Assembly: GCA_045806365.1 (NCBI GenBank)
Contig: JBJMJL010000030.1
Span: 1 to 43,000, forward strand
DNA length: 43,000 nt
Reading direction: 5' to 3'
Origin: Gaiellaceae bacterium
GTDB lineage: Bacteria > Actinomycetota > Thermoleophilia > Gaiellales > Gaiellaceae
In this document: positions 32,437-42,120 of the stretch, in pieces
How positions within the stretch are numbered: position 1 is the stretch's first letter
How the letters are laid out: the number at the start of each line of letters is the position of its first letter
The notes under the pieces: generated by a model
Told to the model about the DNA's origin: nothing
The model's input: only the letters and a program-made list of their open reading frames with translations
The model's database searches: none
Translations under genes and position numbers: made by a program

Positions 32437-33540
32437 CTAGCGTAGCCCAGCGATCCGCTCGACCAGGGCGCGGACGCGCGACGCGAACTCCTCGGCCGAG
32501 CTCGTCCACAGCGCTGCGCTCGCATGCGCCGTCCCGGCGAGACGTTCAGCGAGTGCGCGGTCGGTGAGGATGCGGACGAGCGCGTCCGCCAGAGCCACGG
32601 AGTCGCCCGGCTCGACGAGGATGCCGTTGCGTCCGTCCTCGACGAGATCCGGAATGCCGCCGACGCGCGACGCCACCGCGGGCCGCCCCCGGCAGAAGGC
32701 CTCGACGATTACGCGGCCCATGCCCTCCGAGCGCGACGGCAGCACGAGCGCGGTCGATTCGTCCAGCGCGCGTGAGACTTCCGCCTGCGTCAGGCGCTCG
32801 TCCCACCTCGTCTGCTGCGGCACGTCGCGAAGGAGCTGCTCGACGACGGGACGCAGCGTGCCCGCACCGACGAGACGCAGGTGCGCGCCGGGAACGCGCG
32901 GCGCCGCGGCGCGCCACGCGTCCGCGAGGCCGTCGACGTTCTTGTAGCGCTCGAGCACCCCGACGAAGAGCGCCCGCGGCGTATCGGGCAACGGCTGCGT
33001 CGGCTCCTGCAGGAACGAGTCGAAGTCCATGAAAGCGGGAAACTCGTCGGCCGGCTCGAGGCCGACCTCGCGGACGAGCGACGTCGTGTACCCCGTCACC
33101 GTGCGAATGCCGTCCGCGTTCCTCAACCCCGAGAGCGCGACGCGGTCGGCGACCGGATTGAGCGCCGTGCGGAGGCGCGAGCCGTACAGTCGCGTCGGCG
33201 CCCGCCAGTCACCGTGCACGTCTGCGATCACCGCAGTGTCGACGCGCGCGAGCCGGCGCGCCGCGAGCGCGGCGGCGGTTTCGTGCGCGCCCTGTGCGAG
33301 CACCGCGTGCGGGCGGAACTCGCGCAGCTCGCGCGCGATGCGCACCGGCAGCGCCGCGAAGAACGCCGCGCCGTCCAGCGCCGGCAGCTCGGGCGCGAGG
33401 CGAAAGCGGCCGTCGTCGCCGTCGCCGCCGGCGAGCACGCGGTAGTCGAGCTCGCGCCCGACGGCGTTCCACTTGCGCTCGAGGCTGGCCGACAGCGGCA
33501 GCTCGACGCGGCGCGAGACGAACAGAACGCGCGGCTTCAC
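32437..33540 (-). CDS. GT4-family glycosyltransferase
   Basis: 'VLPSRSEGMGRVIVEAFCRGRPAV'. The GTG start lies in the GTGA overlap at 33537-33540. Confidence 0.9.
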   Translation of the reverse strand: MKPRVLFVSRRVELPLSASLERKWNAVGRELDYRVLAGGDGDDGRFRLAPELPALDGAAFFAALPVRIARELREFRPHAVLAQGAHETAAALAARRLARVDTAVIADVHGDWRAPTRLYGSRLRTALNPVADRVALSGLRNADGIRTVTGYTTSLVREVGLEPADEFPAFMDFDSFLQEPTQPLPDTPRALFVGVLERYKNVDGLADAWRAAAPRVPGAHLRLVGAGTLRPVVEQLLRDVPQQTRWDERLTQAEVSRALDESTALVLPSRSEGMGRVIVEAFCRGRPAVASRVGGIPDLVEDGRNGILVEPGDSVALADALVRILTDRALAERLAGTAHASAALWTSSAEEFASRVRALVERIAGLR

Positions 33541-34673
33541 CTCCGCACGACCCGCTGCAACGTCGACTCGAGCTCGCCGAACACGCGCTCCGGCGCGTAC
33601 GCCGCGACGGAGGAAGCAGCCCCGCTGCGCAAGCGCTCGCGCAGCTCGGCGTCCCCGAAGTAGCGCCGCACGGCGTCTGCGAGACCGGCACTGTCTCCCG
33701 CCGGGACGAGCAGCCCGTTCTCGCCGTTGCGCACGATCTCGCCGACGCCGCCCGCCTCCATCGCGAGCACCGGCGTTCCAACCGCGAGCGCCTCGACGAC
33801 GGTGTGCGGGAAGTTCTCCCAGCTCGACGAGAGGATGGCCGCGTCCGCGGCCCGGAAGAGCTCGACGACGCGCCGGCGCGGCTGTACGCCGAGGAACGTG
33901 ACGCGCTGCTCGATGCCGAGGTCCCGCGCGTGGTGCTCGAGGGCGGGCCGGTCGGGTCCCTCGCCGGCGATCACAAGCTGCACGCCGTCCGCGGACGCGA
34001 CCGCATCGAGTGCGCAGCCGAGCGACTTCTGGGCGGTCAGGCGGCCCGCGAACGCGAGTGTCGCGCCGTTCAGCCCGAAGCCTGCGCGGAGCTGCTCACG
34101 GTCGGCGAGCGGCGGCAGCGGCGGGACGGGATTCGGCAGGACGCTGACACGCTCCGCGGGCACGCCGCCCCACGAGAGCACGAGCTTGCGCAGATAGGCG
34201 CTCGGGCAGAACACGTGCGCCGCGTGGCGCAACTCGAAGTCGCGTGCCCGCCGCAGCGCGGCGGCGATCGGCCCGCCGCCGCCGTGCTGGAACTCGTCGA
34301 CGTCACCCTCGACAAGCCCGGCCCGCCGCGAGCGCTCGAACGCCGGGTCAGCCGTCAGCTTGACGACGTACGGACGGCGAGCGGCGAGCGCGCCGGCGGC
34401 GCTCCGCCCGAACATGCCGGTGGTGTAGACGACGTCCGTCCGCCGCGCCCGCGAGTGGACGAGCGCCGCGCCGCGCGCGTGTCGCACGCCGCGCCGCAGG
34501 GAGCGCGAGACCCACCGCACCGCGTACGGCTGCGGCTCCGGCGCGGAGTCGGCTGTCGTCACGACCTCGACGTCGTGCCCGCGCTCGGCCAGGAACCCCG
34601 CGACGTCGGGCGCGTGACTCGCAGGGCCGCCGACGTCGGGCGGCCAGATCCCGGAGACGATCAAGACCCTCAC
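33537..34673 (-). CDS. GT4-family glycosyltransferase
   Basis: The N-terminus 'VRVLIVSGIWPPDVGGPASH' and 'ILSSSWENFPHTVVEALAVGTPVL'. The GTG start lies in the GTGA overlap at 34670-34673. Confidence 0.9.
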   Translation of the reverse strand: MRVLIVSGIWPPDVGGPASHAPDVAGFLAERGHDVEVVTTADSAPEPQPYAVRWVSRSLRRGVRHARGAALVHSRARRTDVVYTTGMFGRSAAGALAARRPYVVKLTADPAFERSRRAGLVEGDVDEFQHGGGGPIAAALRRARDFELRHAAHVFCPSAYLRKLVLSWGGVPAERVSVLPNPVPPLPPLADREQLRAGFGLNGATLAFAGRLTAQKSLGCALDAVASADGVQLVIAGEGPDRPALEHHARDLGIEQRVTFLGVQPRRRVVELFRAADAAILSSSWENFPHTVVEALAVGTPVLAMEAGGVGEIVRNGENGLLVPAGDSAGLADAVRRYFGDAELRERLRSGAASSVAAYAPERVFGELESTLQRVVRR

Positions 34674-35965
34674 GGCAACGCCGCCTCGAGCGAAGCGCCG
34701 GGCGCCGCAGGCTCGCGGCGGATGCGCAAGAAGAGAAACGTCCAGTACACGCAGAAGACGACGCTGGATGCGAGCACGGCGGCGGCCGCGCCCGTCGCGC
34801 CCCACTCCGCGCCGAAGATGCCGACGAGCGGGATCAGCACGAGCATCTCGACCCCGTGCGTCCAGATGCGCAGCGCCGGCCGGCCGATGGAGATGGGGAA
34901 GGACTTCGTCCAGCCGTAGACCATCCGCAGTGCCCCCGCGACGATGACGATGCGCGTCGCGTCAACGGCTCCGACGTTCTTCGCCGAGAACAGCAGCTTC
35001 GCGAGCTCGGGTGTGAAGACGAGGAGCGGCGGCAGGATGAGCGCGGCGAGGCCGGCCATGCCGAGCATGTAGCGGACGATCCCTGCGAAGACGACGTCGC
35101 GCTTCTCGCGCTCCCAGTCGCGCGTCTGCTCGGTCAGCAGGATCAGGCGCGCGGGCGCCGAGACGACGGCGAACGCCTGCTGCGGCGACATGGCGGCGCG
35201 GAAGAAGGCGACCTGCCGCGTCGACGCGACACGTCCGAGCACGAGCAGCGAGAGCGGCGCGGTCAGGGAGATGACGGCCGTCGCCGCGGTGGACTGTCCC
35301 ACGAAGGAGAGGATGTCGCGGCGGTCGTCCGCAAGCGAGACCGCGGCGCGCTGCGGGAAGCGGCGGTACGCGGCCCAGCCCGCGCCGCTGATCGCCGCCG
35401 TCGCGATCACCTGAGCGACGACCATTGCGGCGAGGGTCGCGTTCAGACCGTGCGGAGCCGCAATGGCGATCGCCGCGAAGCGCAGCGCCATCGACACGAA
35501 CAGGAAGAACGCACGGATGTCGTAACGGCCGCGCAGCACGAGCGCCACGCCGCCGACGTTCTCCGTGCACTGCGCGAGCGGGATGAACGCTGCGATGAGG
35601 AGAGGCTCCGTCAGTCCGTGCTTGTGCAGCACCGAGTCGGCGAGGGGAGCGAACGCGAGCAACAGCGCGGTTGCGAGAACGCCGCCGGCGAACTTGAACG
35701 CAACCGCCCTCGCGAAAAGTCGCCGCAGCTTCCCCCACTCTTCGCGCGTCGTGTAGCGGAAGCCGAACTTGACCAGAGCCTCCTCGACCGTGAGGTCGAG
35801 CAGGCTCTGAAAGAACGCCGTGGCGGCGAGCACGAGCGCGTAGCGCCCGAACGTTTGCGTCGAGAAGACGTGCAACGCCACGACCGTCGCGGCGAAGCCG
35901 AGCGCGGCTGAAGCGTAGGTCCCGGCGGCGGCGGCCGAGCGGCGCCAGAAGAGCCGAGAGCGCAT
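34670..35965 (-). CDS. wzx: Wzx-type (PST family, MOP superfamily) oligosaccharide flippase
   Basis: 431 aa with about 12 hydrophobic segments. The N-terminus 'GTYASAALGFAATVVALHVFSTQTFGRYALVLA' is typical of polysaccharide-biosynthesis flippases. Confidence 0.7.
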   Translation of the reverse strand: MRSRLFWRRSAAAAGTYASAALGFAATVVALHVFSTQTFGRYALVLAATAFFQSLLDLTVEEALVKFGFRYTTREEWGKLRRLFARAVAFKFAGGVLATALLLAFAPLADSVLHKHGLTEPLLIAAFIPLAQCTENVGGVALVLRGRYDIRAFFLFVSMALRFAAIAIAAPHGLNATLAAMVVAQVIATAAISGAGWAAYRRFPQRAAVSLADDRRDILSFVGQSTAATAVISLTAPLSLLVLGRVASTRQVAFFRAAMSPQQAFAVVSAPARLILLTEQTRDWEREKRDVVFAGIVRYMLGMAGLAALILPPLLVFTPELAKLLFSAKNVGAVDATRIVIVAGALRMVYGWTKSFPISIGRPALRIWTHGVEMLVLIPLVGIFGAEWGATGAAAAVLASSVVFCVYWTFLFLRIRREPAAPGASLEAALP

Positions 35966-35971
35966 GACAGA

Positions 35972-35977
35972 AGCCTA
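35972..35977 (-). promoter_or_regulatory. Candidate -10 box TAGGCT, 6 nt upstream of the wzx ATG 35965
   Basis: On the minus strand the sequence reads TAGGCT-TCTGTC-ATG. Confidence 0.4.
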
Positions 35978-35981
35978 GACT
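35976..35981 (+). promoter_or_regulatory. Candidate -10 box TAGACT, 6 nt upstream of GTG 35988
   Basis: On the plus strand the sequence reads TAGACT-CGTCAC-GTG. It shares its TA with the opposite-strand box (AGCCTAGACT). Confidence 0.4.
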
Positions 35982-35987
35982 CGTCAC

Positions 35988-37304
35988 GTGGCGGCCCCGG
36001 AGACCTTCTCGCTGCGCGGCCGCACGCCCGAGTCGCTCGTCTTTCTCGCAGCCGTCCCGATCATCTTCTGGCACCTCCGGTACCAGCCCAAGACGCACTT
36101 CGGCATCGGCTCGGCGACGGTCGGGATCGAGCTCTCGGACGTGGCTGTGCTTGCCGTGATCGTTGCGGCCGTCGTCTGCGGAGGGCGCCTGGGCTTCACG
36201 CCGCTGTGGCGCGGGATCTCGCTCTGGGTCGCTATCGCGCTCCTGTTCGTGTGGATCGCCGTCGGCGTCACGCACGGCAGCGGCCACGACGGCTATCCGT
36301 GGCAGACGCACGGTGTGACCGCGGCGAAGTTCTTCGAATACGCGCTGCTCGCGCCTGCGGTCGTGCTACTCGTCAGGCAACGGGCTGACCTATTGCTCGT
36401 GGCGTACGTGTTGGTCGCGTGGAGCGTCGTCGCAACCGTCGTCGGCCTCGTGCAGTTCTTCGGTGCGAACATCTTCGTGTCGGGCGCGACCGGCGGGCGC
36501 CAGCTGTCCTTCCTCGGCTTTCACGACTTCGGCGCGCTGTCGGCGGCGGCGCTCGCCTGCGGCATGGTCGGCCTCGCGTTCGGGCCGTCATGGGTCGCGT
36601 GGGTAGCCGCCGTCAGCGGCGCCCTCGGCGTCGTCCTGTCCGGCTCCGTCGCCGCGGTGATCGGGCTGGGGCTCGGAGCCGTCGGGCTCGTTGCGATCGC
36701 CTACCTGCGCGGCGAGATCTTTCCCCGGCGCCTGGCGGTCGTCGCCGCGGTGCTCGCGCTGACCGCGCTCGGAGTCGCGGGGCAGCGCGCGAACGAGCTC
36801 GACAACGTCCTCAGGCTCGTCGGGATCGAAGCCGAGCGCGCTCCGCAGAAGGAGGTCGAGTCCTACGCCCACCGTGCGGTGCTCGTCTGGATCGGCTGGC
36901 ACATTTTCCTCGACCATCCCGTCGCCGGAGCCGGCTGGGAAGCGTCCGGCGACCCCGCGACCTTCATGCCGCACGTGGCCGAGGCGCGCCGTCAGTTCCC
37001 GGACGAGCCGGCCCTGGCGTTTCCGGCGCCCAACCGCCCGTACGGCGTCCAGAACCTCTACGTGCAATTCCTGGCCGACCTCGGGGTGGTCGGGCTCCTG
37101 CTGCTGCTGGCGGTGTTCGCCTGCGCCGTTCGGCTCGCCGTCCGCGCACGGCTGGCGCTGGCCTTGCTCCTGACGGCCGTGGCGGCCGGCGTCTGGATCG
37201 CGCAGGGCATCGTGGCGGGGATCCCACTGGACGCGCTCACCTGGATCGGGATCGGGCTGACCGCGCAGGACTTCGGCGCGGCCTCAGGGAAAATGGCGGC
37301 GTGA
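35988..37304 (+). CDS. O-antigen ligase/polymerase family (Wzy_C-type) membrane protein
   Basis: Polytopic protein with the large-loop signature 'ESYAHRAVLVWIGWHIFLDHPVAGAGWEA' followed by 'GVQNLYVQFLADLGVVGLLLLL'. Confidence 0.75.
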   Translation: MAAPETFSLRGRTPESLVFLAAVPIIFWHLRYQPKTHFGIGSATVGIELSDVAVLAVIVAAVVCGGRLGFTPLWRGISLWVAIALLFVWIAVGVTHGSGHDGYPWQTHGVTAAKFFEYALLAPAVVLLVRQRADLLLVAYVLVAWSVVATVVGLVQFFGANIFVSGATGGRQLSFLGFHDFGALSAAALACGMVGLAFGPSWVAWVAAVSGALGVVLSGSVAAVIGLGLGAVGLVAIAYLRGEIFPRRLAVVAAVLALTALGVAGQRANELDNVLRLVGIEAERAPQKEVESYAHRAVLVWIGWHIFLDHPVAGAGWEASGDPATFMPHVAEARRQFPDEPALAFPAPNRPYGVQNLYVQFLADLGVVGLLLLLAVFACAVRLAVRARLALALLLTAVAAGVWIAQGIVAGIPLDALTWIGIGLTAQDFGAASGKMAA

Positions 37305-38230
37305 AGGCACTCGTCACCGGCGGCGCAGGCTTCATCGGCTCGAACCTCGTTTCCGCGCTCCTCGACCGCGGCGACGACGTGCGCGTGCTCGACAACTTCT
37401 CCACCGGCAGCCGCGGCAATCTCGAGGGCCTCGACGTCGAGGTCGTCGAGGGCGAGCTGCGCTCGTACGAACGCGTCCACGCCGCCGTGCGCGGCGTCGA
37501 GGTGGTCTACCACCTCGGCGCGCTCGGATCGGTCCCGCGCTCCGTGCAGGATCCGCTGACGTCCAATGCCGTGAACGTCGAGGGAACGCTGAACGTGCTG
37601 CTCGCCGCGCGGGACGAAGGCGTGCGGCGTGTCGTCTTCTCGTCGTCGACGTCCGTGTACGGCACGACCGCCACACTGCCGACGCCCGAGTCGACGCCCA
37701 CCGATCCGATCTCGCCCTACGGCGTCACGAAGCTCGCCTGCGAGCGCTACTGCATCAGCTTCGGGCGCGTCTACCACTCGTTCGAGGCCGTCGTGCTTCG
37801 CTACTTCAACGTCTTCGGCCCCCGACAGAGCCCGCACTCGCAGTACGCGGCTGCGATCCCATTGTTCATCGCCGCGATCGACGCCGGCGAGCCGATCACG
37901 ATCTACGGGGACGGCGAGCAGTCGCGCGACTTCACGTACGTCGCGAACGTCGTCGACGCGACGATCCGCGCAGCGGATGCGCCGGACGCAAGCGGCCGCA
38001 TCTTCAACGTCGCGGGCGCGTCGCCGGCCAGCGTCAACCACGTCGCCGAGACGATCGGGATCATCCTCGGCAAGCCGGTGGAGAAGCGCTTCGAGCCCCC
38101 ACGCGCAGGCGACATCCGCGACTCCTGGGCAGACATCAGCGCGGCCCGCGACGCGCTCGGGTACGAACCGCAGGTCGATCTCGCAGCCGGGCTCGAGCTG
38201 ACGGCCGAGGCGATCGTTGCCCGCGTCTGA
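37301..38230 (+). CDS. NAD-dependent UDP-hexose/HexNAc(A) 4-epimerase (WbpP/TviC-like extended SDR)
   Basis: 'LVTGGAGFIGSNL', 'LDNFSTGSRGNL', 'SSSTSVYG', 'YGVTKL', 'RYFNVFGPRQ' and 'GDGEQSRDFTYV'. The GTG start lies in the GTGA overlap at 37301-37304. Confidence 0.8.
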   Translation: MKALVTGGAGFIGSNLVSALLDRGDDVRVLDNFSTGSRGNLEGLDVEVVEGELRSYERVHAAVRGVEVVYHLGALGSVPRSVQDPLTSNAVNVEGTLNVLLAARDEGVRRVVFSSSTSVYGTTATLPTPESTPTDPISPYGVTKLACERYCISFGRVYHSFEAVVLRYFNVFGPRQSPHSQYAAAIPLFIAAIDAGEPITIYGDGEQSRDFTYVANVVDATIRAADAPDASGRIFNVAGASPASVNHVAETIGIILGKPVEKRFEPPRAGDIRDSWADISAARDALGYEPQVDLAAGLELTAEAIVARV

Positions 38231-39422
38231 GGCGCCGACACGCACGAAGATCTTGCGCGTCATCGCCCGCCTCAACATGGGCGGGCCGACACTGCACGTC
38301 GCGTACCTGACGGCGGGACTGAGCGAGCGCGGTTACGACACGACGCTCGTCGCCGGAACGCTCGCCCGAGGCGAGGACTCGATGGCGTTCGTCGCCGACG
38401 AGCGCGGCGTCGACGTCGTCCGGATCGACGAGCTCGGCCGCGAGATCTCGCCGCTGCGCGATCTGGTCGCGACGTTGCGGTTGGCGCGGCTGATCCGCCG
38501 GGAGCGCCCCGACATTCTGCACACGCACACGGCCAAGGCGGGAACCGTCGGACGTGTCGCAGCGCTGCTGGCCGGCGACGCGCGGCCGCGCGTGATCGTG
38601 CACACGTTCCATGGCCACGTGTTGCGGGGCTACTTCGGGCCGCTGCGGTCGCTGGTGTTCCGCCTGCTCGAGCGCTGGCTCGCGGCACACACGACGGCGC
38701 TGGTCGCGGTGAGCCCGCAGGTACGCGACGACCTCGTCGCGCTCGGAGTGGCTCCGCGCAAGCGCTTCGCGGTGATCCGCCTCGGCATCGAGCTCGACGA
38801 GCGCGTCGCGCCCGAGCGCGACGGACGCGCCGACAGCCGCCGCTATCTCGGCATTCCAGCGGAGCGGTTCGCCGTGGGCTGGATCGGACGGATGACGGCC
38901 GTGAAGCGCACCGACGACGTGCTGGTCGCGTTCAAGGCGCTGCGCCAGAGCGGCGTCGACGCGTGCCTCTGCATGGTCGGAGACGGGCCCGACCGCGGAC
39001 AGCTCGAGCGCCGCGCACACGAGCTCGGCGTCGTCCGCGACACGCTCTTTCTCGGCTACCAGGAGGACGTCGCCCCGTACTACGCGGCTTTCGACGCCCT
39101 CGTGCTGCCCTCGTCGAACGAGGGCACGCCGGTGAGCGCGATCGAGGCGCTGGCGGCGGGCCGTCCGGTGGTCGCGACGCGCGTCGGCGGCGTCCCGGAC
39201 GTCGTCGAGGACGGCCAGGACGGCTTCCTCGTCGAGCCCGGAGCGACCGACGACCTCGCCGACCGGCTCGCGCAGCTCGCGCGCGATCCCGACCTACGGA
39301 AGCGGATGGGCGACGCGGGCCGCGCACGCGTCGTGCCGCGCTACGCCGTCGAGCGCCTCGTCGACGATGTCGACCGCCTCTATCGCTCGCTGCTCAGTGC
39401 GGGAGGCGTGAGAACACGCTGA
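38217..39422 (+). CDS. GT4-family glycosyltransferase
   Basis: 'KILRVIARLNMGGP' and 'VLPSSNEGTPVSAIEALAAGRPVV'. The start is uncertain: TTG at 38217 is chosen (14-nt overlap with the epimerase), with TTG at 38253 and ATG at 38277 as alternatives. Confidence 0.8.
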   Translation: MPASEAPTRTKILRVIARLNMGGPTLHVAYLTAGLSERGYDTTLVAGTLARGEDSMAFVADERGVDVVRIDELGREISPLRDLVATLRLARLIRRERPDILHTHTAKAGTVGRVAALLAGDARPRVIVHTFHGHVLRGYFGPLRSLVFRLLERWLAAHTTALVAVSPQVRDDLVALGVAPRKRFAVIRLGIELDERVAPERDGRADSRRYLGIPAERFAVGWIGRMTAVKRTDDVLVAFKALRQSGVDACLCMVGDGPDRGQLERRAHELGVVRDTLFLGYQEDVAPYYAAFDALVLPSSNEGTPVSAIEALAAGRPVVATRVGGVPDVVEDGQDGFLVEPGATDDLADRLAQLARDPDLRKRMGDAGRARVVPRYAVERLVDDVDRLYRSLLSAGGVRTR

Positions 39423-40515
39423 AGGCCGGCTTGCGCTTGCCCTTGGCCGTCAGGACCCCGGACTGCCAGCCGATGCGAAGGTTCGTGTCGTCGCGCAGCA
39501 TGAACCAGACCATCAGATCGATGCGGGGGTTGGCCCGAGCGATCGCGAACGACTGACGGACGTACGCCGCCTGCCGGGCCAGCGACACGCCGAAGATCCG
39601 GTCGGGCGGCGTCTGCCAGCCGTACTCGGTGATCCAGATGCGCTTCTTCCCCCAGAGCTTGTTCACGGTCGCGATCAGCTTGTTGATGTTCCCGAGCGTG
39701 ATCGCCGAGCCGCCGGGCTTCGACGCAGGCGTCTCGCTGGGCCGGCCGTAGTACGGGTTGTGCGCGTACGCGTCGAGATTCCTCAGGCCGGCACGCTTCG
39801 TCGCGATCATGAAGGGGATCGGCGCCATCGACGGACGGCTCGACCGTGCCACGTTGTTGCCGCGCGGCCCAGTGACGCCGCAGCCGACCTTCTCCGCGGG
39901 GAAGTTCGTGAAGTGCACGCCCTGCCAGATGGCCGTGCAGATCTTCGCGTAAGACTGCGGGCTGACGAATCGTCCGCCGGACGTCTGCCGCAGCCAGTTC
40001 GGGTTGCTCGGCTCGTTCCACGCGAGCCAGTACTTGACGGCCGGGAGGTACACCTCGTCGAAGCGGTCGGTGTTCGGGATGTAGTGGCCGCTGTAGCGCG
40101 ACGCCGCTGCGTACGCGAAGTTGCGCAGGTCGTTGTAGTTCGACGGCGGAAAGTTGCGCGGCTTGCCGCCGTTTGCCCACGACGGCGTGAACAAGATCGT
40201 CAGCATCACCTGCATGCCGTTCTGCGCGGCGTAGCGGATCCCACGGTCGTAGACGTCCCAGTCATAGGCCGGATCGGCGGGATCCTGCGGATGCGCGGGG
40301 CGGCGCTTCGCGACCTGGTTCCAGTTCAGGTTGACGCGCACGATCTGCACGCGCAGCTGCTTCAGCGTCTTGAAGGTGAAGTCCGGGTTGCCGAACAGCG
40401 TCATTGCGTCGTCCTGCATGCCGACCAACATGCCGCGCTTCGCCTCCGCCGCGGGCACGCTCAAGCCGGCAGCGAGAAGAACGATCGCTGCGAAGACCCC
40501 CAGCCGTTTACGCAA
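39394..40515 (-). CDS. Secreted clan GH-A (beta/alpha)8 glycoside hydrolase (GH5/GH39-like)
   Basis: The TTG start gives the signal peptide '[25 protein letters not shown]'. '[11 protein letters not shown]' is a candidate acid/base NEP motif. 'IWITEYGW' is a candidate nucleophile motif. Confidence 0.7.
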   Translation of the reverse strand: MRKRLGVFAAIVLLAAGLSVPAAEAKRGMLVGMQDDAMTLFGNPDFTFKTLKQLRVQIVRVNLNWNQVAKRRPAHPQDPADPAYDWDVYDRGIRYAAQNGMQVMLTILFTPSWANGGKPRNFPPSNYNDLRNFAYAAASRYSGHYIPNTDRFDEVYLPAVKYWLAWNEPSNPNWLRQTSGGRFVSPQSYAKICTAIWQGVHFTNFPAEKVGCGVTGPRGNNVARSSRPSMAPIPFMIATKRAGLRNLDAYAHNPYYGRPSETPASKPGGSAITLGNINKLIATVNKLWGKKRIWITEYGWQTPPDRIFGVSLARQAAYVRQSFAIARANPRIDLMVWFMLRDDTNLRIGWQSGVLTAKGKRKPAFSVFSRLPH

Positions 40516-41446
40516 TGACCGGCTCCCGTCCGAACGTCGGCAGCATGCGCGTGAGGCCTTCCTCGAGCTGAACCGTCGGCTCCCAGCCGAGGAGCTGCTG
40601 CGCCCGGGTGATGTCGGGCTGACGCACCTGGGGATCGTCGATCGGCAACGCCTCGTGCACGACGTCGCTCTTCGAGCCCGTGATCCGCAGCACGGCCTCG
40701 GCCAGCTCGTTCAGCGTGAACTCGCGGGGATTGCCTAGGTTCACCGGCAGATGCTCGTCGGATTCCGCGAGCGCGACGAGGCCGCGGATGAGATCGTCCA
40801 CGTAACAAAAGCTTCTGGTTTGCGTACCGTCGCCGAACACGGTCAGAGGCTTGCCCTCCAACGCCTGCCTGACAAACGTCGGAATCGCACGACCGTCGTT
40901 CGGCCGCATCCGGGGCCCGTACGTGTTGAAGATGCGCACGATCGACGTGTCCACTCCCTGCTGGCCGTGATACGCCATCGTCAAGGCCTCGGCATAGCGC
41001 TTCGCCTCGTCGTAGACACCGCGGGGGCCGATCGGGTTCACGTTGCCCCAGTACGTCTCAGGCTGCGGATGGACCTGCGGGTCGCCGTAGACCTCGCTCG
41101 TGGACGCGAGCAAAAACCGCGCGCGCTTCCACTTCGCCAGGCCGAGCGCGTGATGCGTTCCGTAGGAGCCGACCTTGAGCGAGTGGAGCGGCATGCGCAG
41201 ATAGTCGATCGGGCTCGCGAGCGCGGCGAGGTGGTAGACGACGTCGACGTCACCGTCGACCTGGATGTGCTCCGTGACGTCGTGGTTGACGAACTCGAAA
41301 TTCTCACCACGGAGATGGGCGACGTTCTGCAGCGAGCCCGTGTCGAGGTTGTCGATGCAGACGACACGGAAGCCCCGCTCGATCAGGTAATCGCAGAGGT
41401 GGGAACCGAGGAACCCGGCTCCGCCGGTCACGACGGCAGTGGGCAT
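40508..41446 (-). CDS. uxs: UDP-glucuronate decarboxylase (UDP-xylose synthase)
   Basis: '[15 protein letters not shown]', '[37 protein letters not shown]', '[10 protein letters not shown]', '[15 protein letters not shown]' and '[13 protein letters not shown]' are near-canonical UXS blocks. Confidence 0.9.
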   Translation of the reverse strand: MPTAVVTGGAGFLGSHLCDYLIERGFRVVCIDNLDTGSLQNVAHLRGENFEFVNHDVTEHIQVDGDVDVVYHLAALASPIDYLRMPLHSLKVGSYGTHHALGLAKWKRARFLLASTSEVYGDPQVHPQPETYWGNVNPIGPRGVYDEAKRYAEALTMAYHGQQGVDTSIVRIFNTYGPRMRPNDGRAIPTFVRQALEGKPLTVFGDGTQTRSFCYVDDLIRGLVALAESDEHLPVNLGNPREFTLNELAEAVLRITGSKSDVVHEALPIDDPQVRQPDITRAQQLLGWEPTVQLEEGLTRMLPTFGREPVIA

Positions 41447-41453
41447 CGGCGGG

Positions 41454-41459
41454 ACTCTA
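41454..41459 (-). promoter_or_regulatory. Candidate -10 box TAGAGT, 7 nt upstream of the uxs ATG 41446
   Basis: On the minus strand the sequence reads TAGAGT-CCCGCCG-ATG. There is no Shine-Dalgarno-like purine run before the ATG. Confidence 0.35.
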
Positions 41460-41488
41460 CCGACGCCCCTCACAGGAGGACGCAGACT

Positions 41489-42097
41489 TTACGAGGGCTT
41501 TACAGCGCGCAAGCGGCGCGCCAACGGCCCCAGTGCCCGCTTGACGAAACTGCGGTGGAACGGCCTGAGATCCGACCGATCGAGCGGCGCGACGCCGCGA
41601 CGCGCGAAGACATACACACACGAATGTTCCCAGGGCTGGTCGAAGTACTGGAACAGGCGCCATTCGCGGTCCGCGGTGACGAGCTGGACTATGTCGTCGC
41701 GTTCGAAGTCGTGGACGTGAAACACGTTCTCCTGCGTCGTCGGGACGATCGGCACCGAGACGACGATGTAGCGCCTGGCTCGGCGAGCCCAGTCGAGGTA
41801 CACGTGGTAGTCCTCGAGGTGCTCGATCGTCTCGAATCCGACTGCGACGTCGAACTCGAACGACGGCTGCCAGGAGTGCAGGTCCGCCTCGATGAAGGTC
41901 CACCCTCGACGTTCGTCGACCGCGAAGATCGACGCGTCGCGATCGACGCCGCAATAGACCACGTCGCCGTGTGCGCCGAGAATCAGCGCTCCGTACCCGA
42001 TGCCGCAGGCCGCGTCGACGACGACGTCGCCTGGACGAAGGAAGCCGGCGGCGAGCGCGTAGCGAGCCTCGTGTCCCGCGGTCGCACGCCCGAACAT
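41489..42097 (-). CDS. Class I SAM-dependent methyltransferase
   Basis: 'VVVDAACGIGYGALIL' (motif I) and 'FDVAVGFETIEHL'. ATG at 42097 is chosen because the ORF-track start at 42157 overlaps the upstream gene. Confidence 0.75.
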   Translation of the reverse strand: MFGRATAGHEARYALAAGFLRPGDVVVDAACGIGYGALILGAHGDVVYCGVDRDASIFAVDERRGWTFIEADLHSWQPSFEFDVAVGFETIEHLEDYHVYLDWARRARRYIVVSVPIVPTTQENVFHVHDFERDDIVQLVTADREWRLFQYFDQPWEHSCVYVFARRGVAPLDRSDLRPFHRSFVKRALGPLARRLRAVKPS

Positions 42098-42120
42098 CTG
42101 CGGGCTGACGCGCTCGACGC

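Noticed and set aside
36419-38230. 603-aa plus-strand ORF fusing an Arg-rich N-terminus to the epimerase
   Set aside because: The N-terminal ~290 aa are an out-of-frame read of the Wzy-like gene. The Rossmann motif begins right after GTG 37301, which is GTGA-coupled to the Wzy-like stop.
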